Assembly: GCA_964016885.1 (NCBI GenBank)
Contig: OZ024756.1
Span: 2,604,001 to 2,668,000, forward strand
Reading direction: 5' to 3'
Source: Eledone cirrhosa
Taxonomy: Eukaryota
DNA: 64,000 bases
A program made the translations under genes and the position numbers. How positions within the stretch are numbered: the stretch's first letter is position 1; every line of letters starts with the position of its first letter. The notes beneath the pieces were generated by a model that was given only the letters and a program-made list of their open reading frames with translations, had not been told where the DNA came from and made no database searches. Shown here piece by piece: positions 62,540 through 64,000 of the stretch.

Positions 62540-64000
62540 CACCTTCCGTACCTCAGCGGTGCTTTGTATCGCGACGATGCACTTCTACGTATAGACTATA
62601 AAAAATTCAATATAGAAAGGACTAGAAAACTATTGCACAAAACATTCAAAAACTTTAACCTTAGTATTACCATGGACAAAAACACCAAAAACGTCAACTT
62701 CCTAGACGCCACACTCTACCTAGACTCAATGATATATGCACCTTTCCACAAACCTAATGAAAAACTCATCTACGTAGATACCAAGTCTAACCACCCTAAA
62801 TCTATATTGAACTCTATCTTTAAGGGAGTATCTAATAGAATCTCTAATCTATCCTATGACATAAACACATTTAACAATAACTCGCAGTATTATAATCAGG
62901 CATTAGCTAGATCAGGCCATAATATAGGGATAGAGTTCCTACCTACAAAAACACATAGCTACAACATCATTTCACACAACATCTCCATGGGAAAATTTAA
63001 TAATAGGAATAGCAACTGCACACACACTAATAAGGATTGTAACAACAAAAGTAACCCGCACCACAGAAATGACCATAGGAACATTAAAGGAAACAAATCA
63101 CCAGACATAAAAAACAGAAATAGAAGAAGAAATAATACATTTTTCAACCCTCCTTTCAATTTAAACGTCTCTACCAACCTTCCTAGGGCTTTCTTCTCAC
63201 TACTAGATAAACACTTCCCATCCGGCCACATGTACCACGGCCTTTTAAACAAAAACACTATTAAGATCTCATACTCTACTACGCCTAACTTAGCATACCA
63301 CATAGCTAGTACAAATAAAAGAAAAATTAATTCTTACTTCCAACAAACTAAATCACAACAGTAGATAAACCTTCAAAATAACATTCAAAATAACAGTCAA
63401 AGAAACATTATAGCAAATAACCGTAATATCAATGGAAATAATAGTAATAGCACTAGTGTAAACATTAACGCTGCGTACCACAACCCACATAACCATAACC
63501 CTATAGCTAACATCCAAACTTCTACCCAGCATAGTAACCGGCAGACTAGCACCCAGAGTAATTGTAACTGTAGATCAAGTAGAACCTGCCCTTTAGATAA
63601 AAAATGCTTAACCAAGGATATCATATACTCATGTACAGTCACAACTAACAACTCTTCTGAAACCTATATAGGCTCTACTTCTAACTGCTTCAAAACTAGA
63701 TACAATTCGCACCTCCACTCTTTCAAAAAACACAGTCTAGCCAACTCCACTTCACTATCTAGCTACATACACTATCTAAAAACTAAAAATAAAATATATA
63801 CACTTAAATGGGAAGTGGTAGGTAGTGCAACATCGTACAAACCACCTAATAAATTTTGTAACCTCTGTCTACTAGAGACCCATACTATCATCTTCTCTAA
63901 ACATAATCTCCTTAATAAAAAATCAGAAGTGTTCGCAACTTGCCAACACCGCTTCCGACACTCGTTCCAAAACTTTAAACCCTATATATAATAATGTCAG
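62540..64000 (+). mobile_element. Penelope-like retroelement (PLE), 5'-truncated, RT plus C-terminal GIY-YIG endonuclease, Naiad-like; 3' end runs off the window
   Basis: RT motifs ALYRDDAL, VNFLDATL, FHKPNEKLIYVDTKSNHPKSI, FFNPPF and NTIKISYSTTPNL. After the TAG the same frame gives CNCRSSRTCPLDKKC, DIIY, YIG, FKTRYNSH, CNLCLLE and LLNKKSE...CQH. RT joined to GIY-YIG is diagnostic of PLEs. The clade call rests on the CxCx5C motif recalled from the literature, not on a tree. Confidence 0.93.
62546..63991 (+). pseudogene. PLE polyprotein remnant (RT palm/thumb, Zn knuckle, GIY-YIG) with in-frame TAG at 63362-63364 and no N-terminal RT motifs
   Basis: A single frame runs from ~62546 to TAA at 63989-63991, with 208 open codons after the TAG. 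CxCx5C is at 63563-63589, IIY at 63620-63628 and YIG at 63665-63673. Upstream of ~62540 the frame shows no RT motif A/B similarity and has a TAA at 62483-62485. Confidence 0.88.

Noticed and set aside
62959-63651. Two hydrophobic minus-strand ORFs (114 aa and 84 aa)
   Set aside because: They are antisense shadows of the A/C-rich PLE coding strand.
62546-63991. Bacterial retron, group II intron or telomerase RT
   Set aside because: YRDD plus a C-terminal GIY-YIG domain and PLE thumb motifs fit Penelope-like elements.
60741-64000. Hammerhead ribozyme or SECIS associated with the PLE
   Set aside because: No CTGANGA...GAAA core was noticed by eye. The 3' UTR or pseudo-LTR lies beyond the window, so this cannot be tested here.

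Overview
This looks like eukaryotic, probably animal, genomic DNA. Positions 1-60,740 are one uninterrupted head-to-tail array of about 1,900 copies of a 32-bp satellite (consensus GTCAAGTCAGTGTCACTACTACTGCAGTGTAT, one PstI site per monomer), and the array continues off the left edge. Shared rare variants show nested higher-order structure: 192, 224, 384, 385 and 704 bp units, a six-copy ~1.8-kb HOR with a 3,581-bp dimer, and multi-kb duplications at offsets 3332, 4484, 4890/4954, 6999, 4316 and 13,519. A more divergent zone lies at the right edge. The hundreds of + strand ORFs come from a stop-free monomer, not from genes. The array ends sharply at 60,740. The 3.26-kb unique flank holds a 45-codon minus-strand ORF with a signal-peptide-like stretch that ends inside the last monomer, a (TAAAAA)8 microsatellite, several hairpins, and a 5'-truncated Penelope-like retroelement (YRDD RT, CxCx5C knuckle, GIY-YIG endonuclease; Naiad-like) with one in-frame TAG. 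I found no prokaryotic genes, CRISPR array, rRNA or tRNA, and I cannot support a new biological system. The junction ORF and the array architecture are the best leads.
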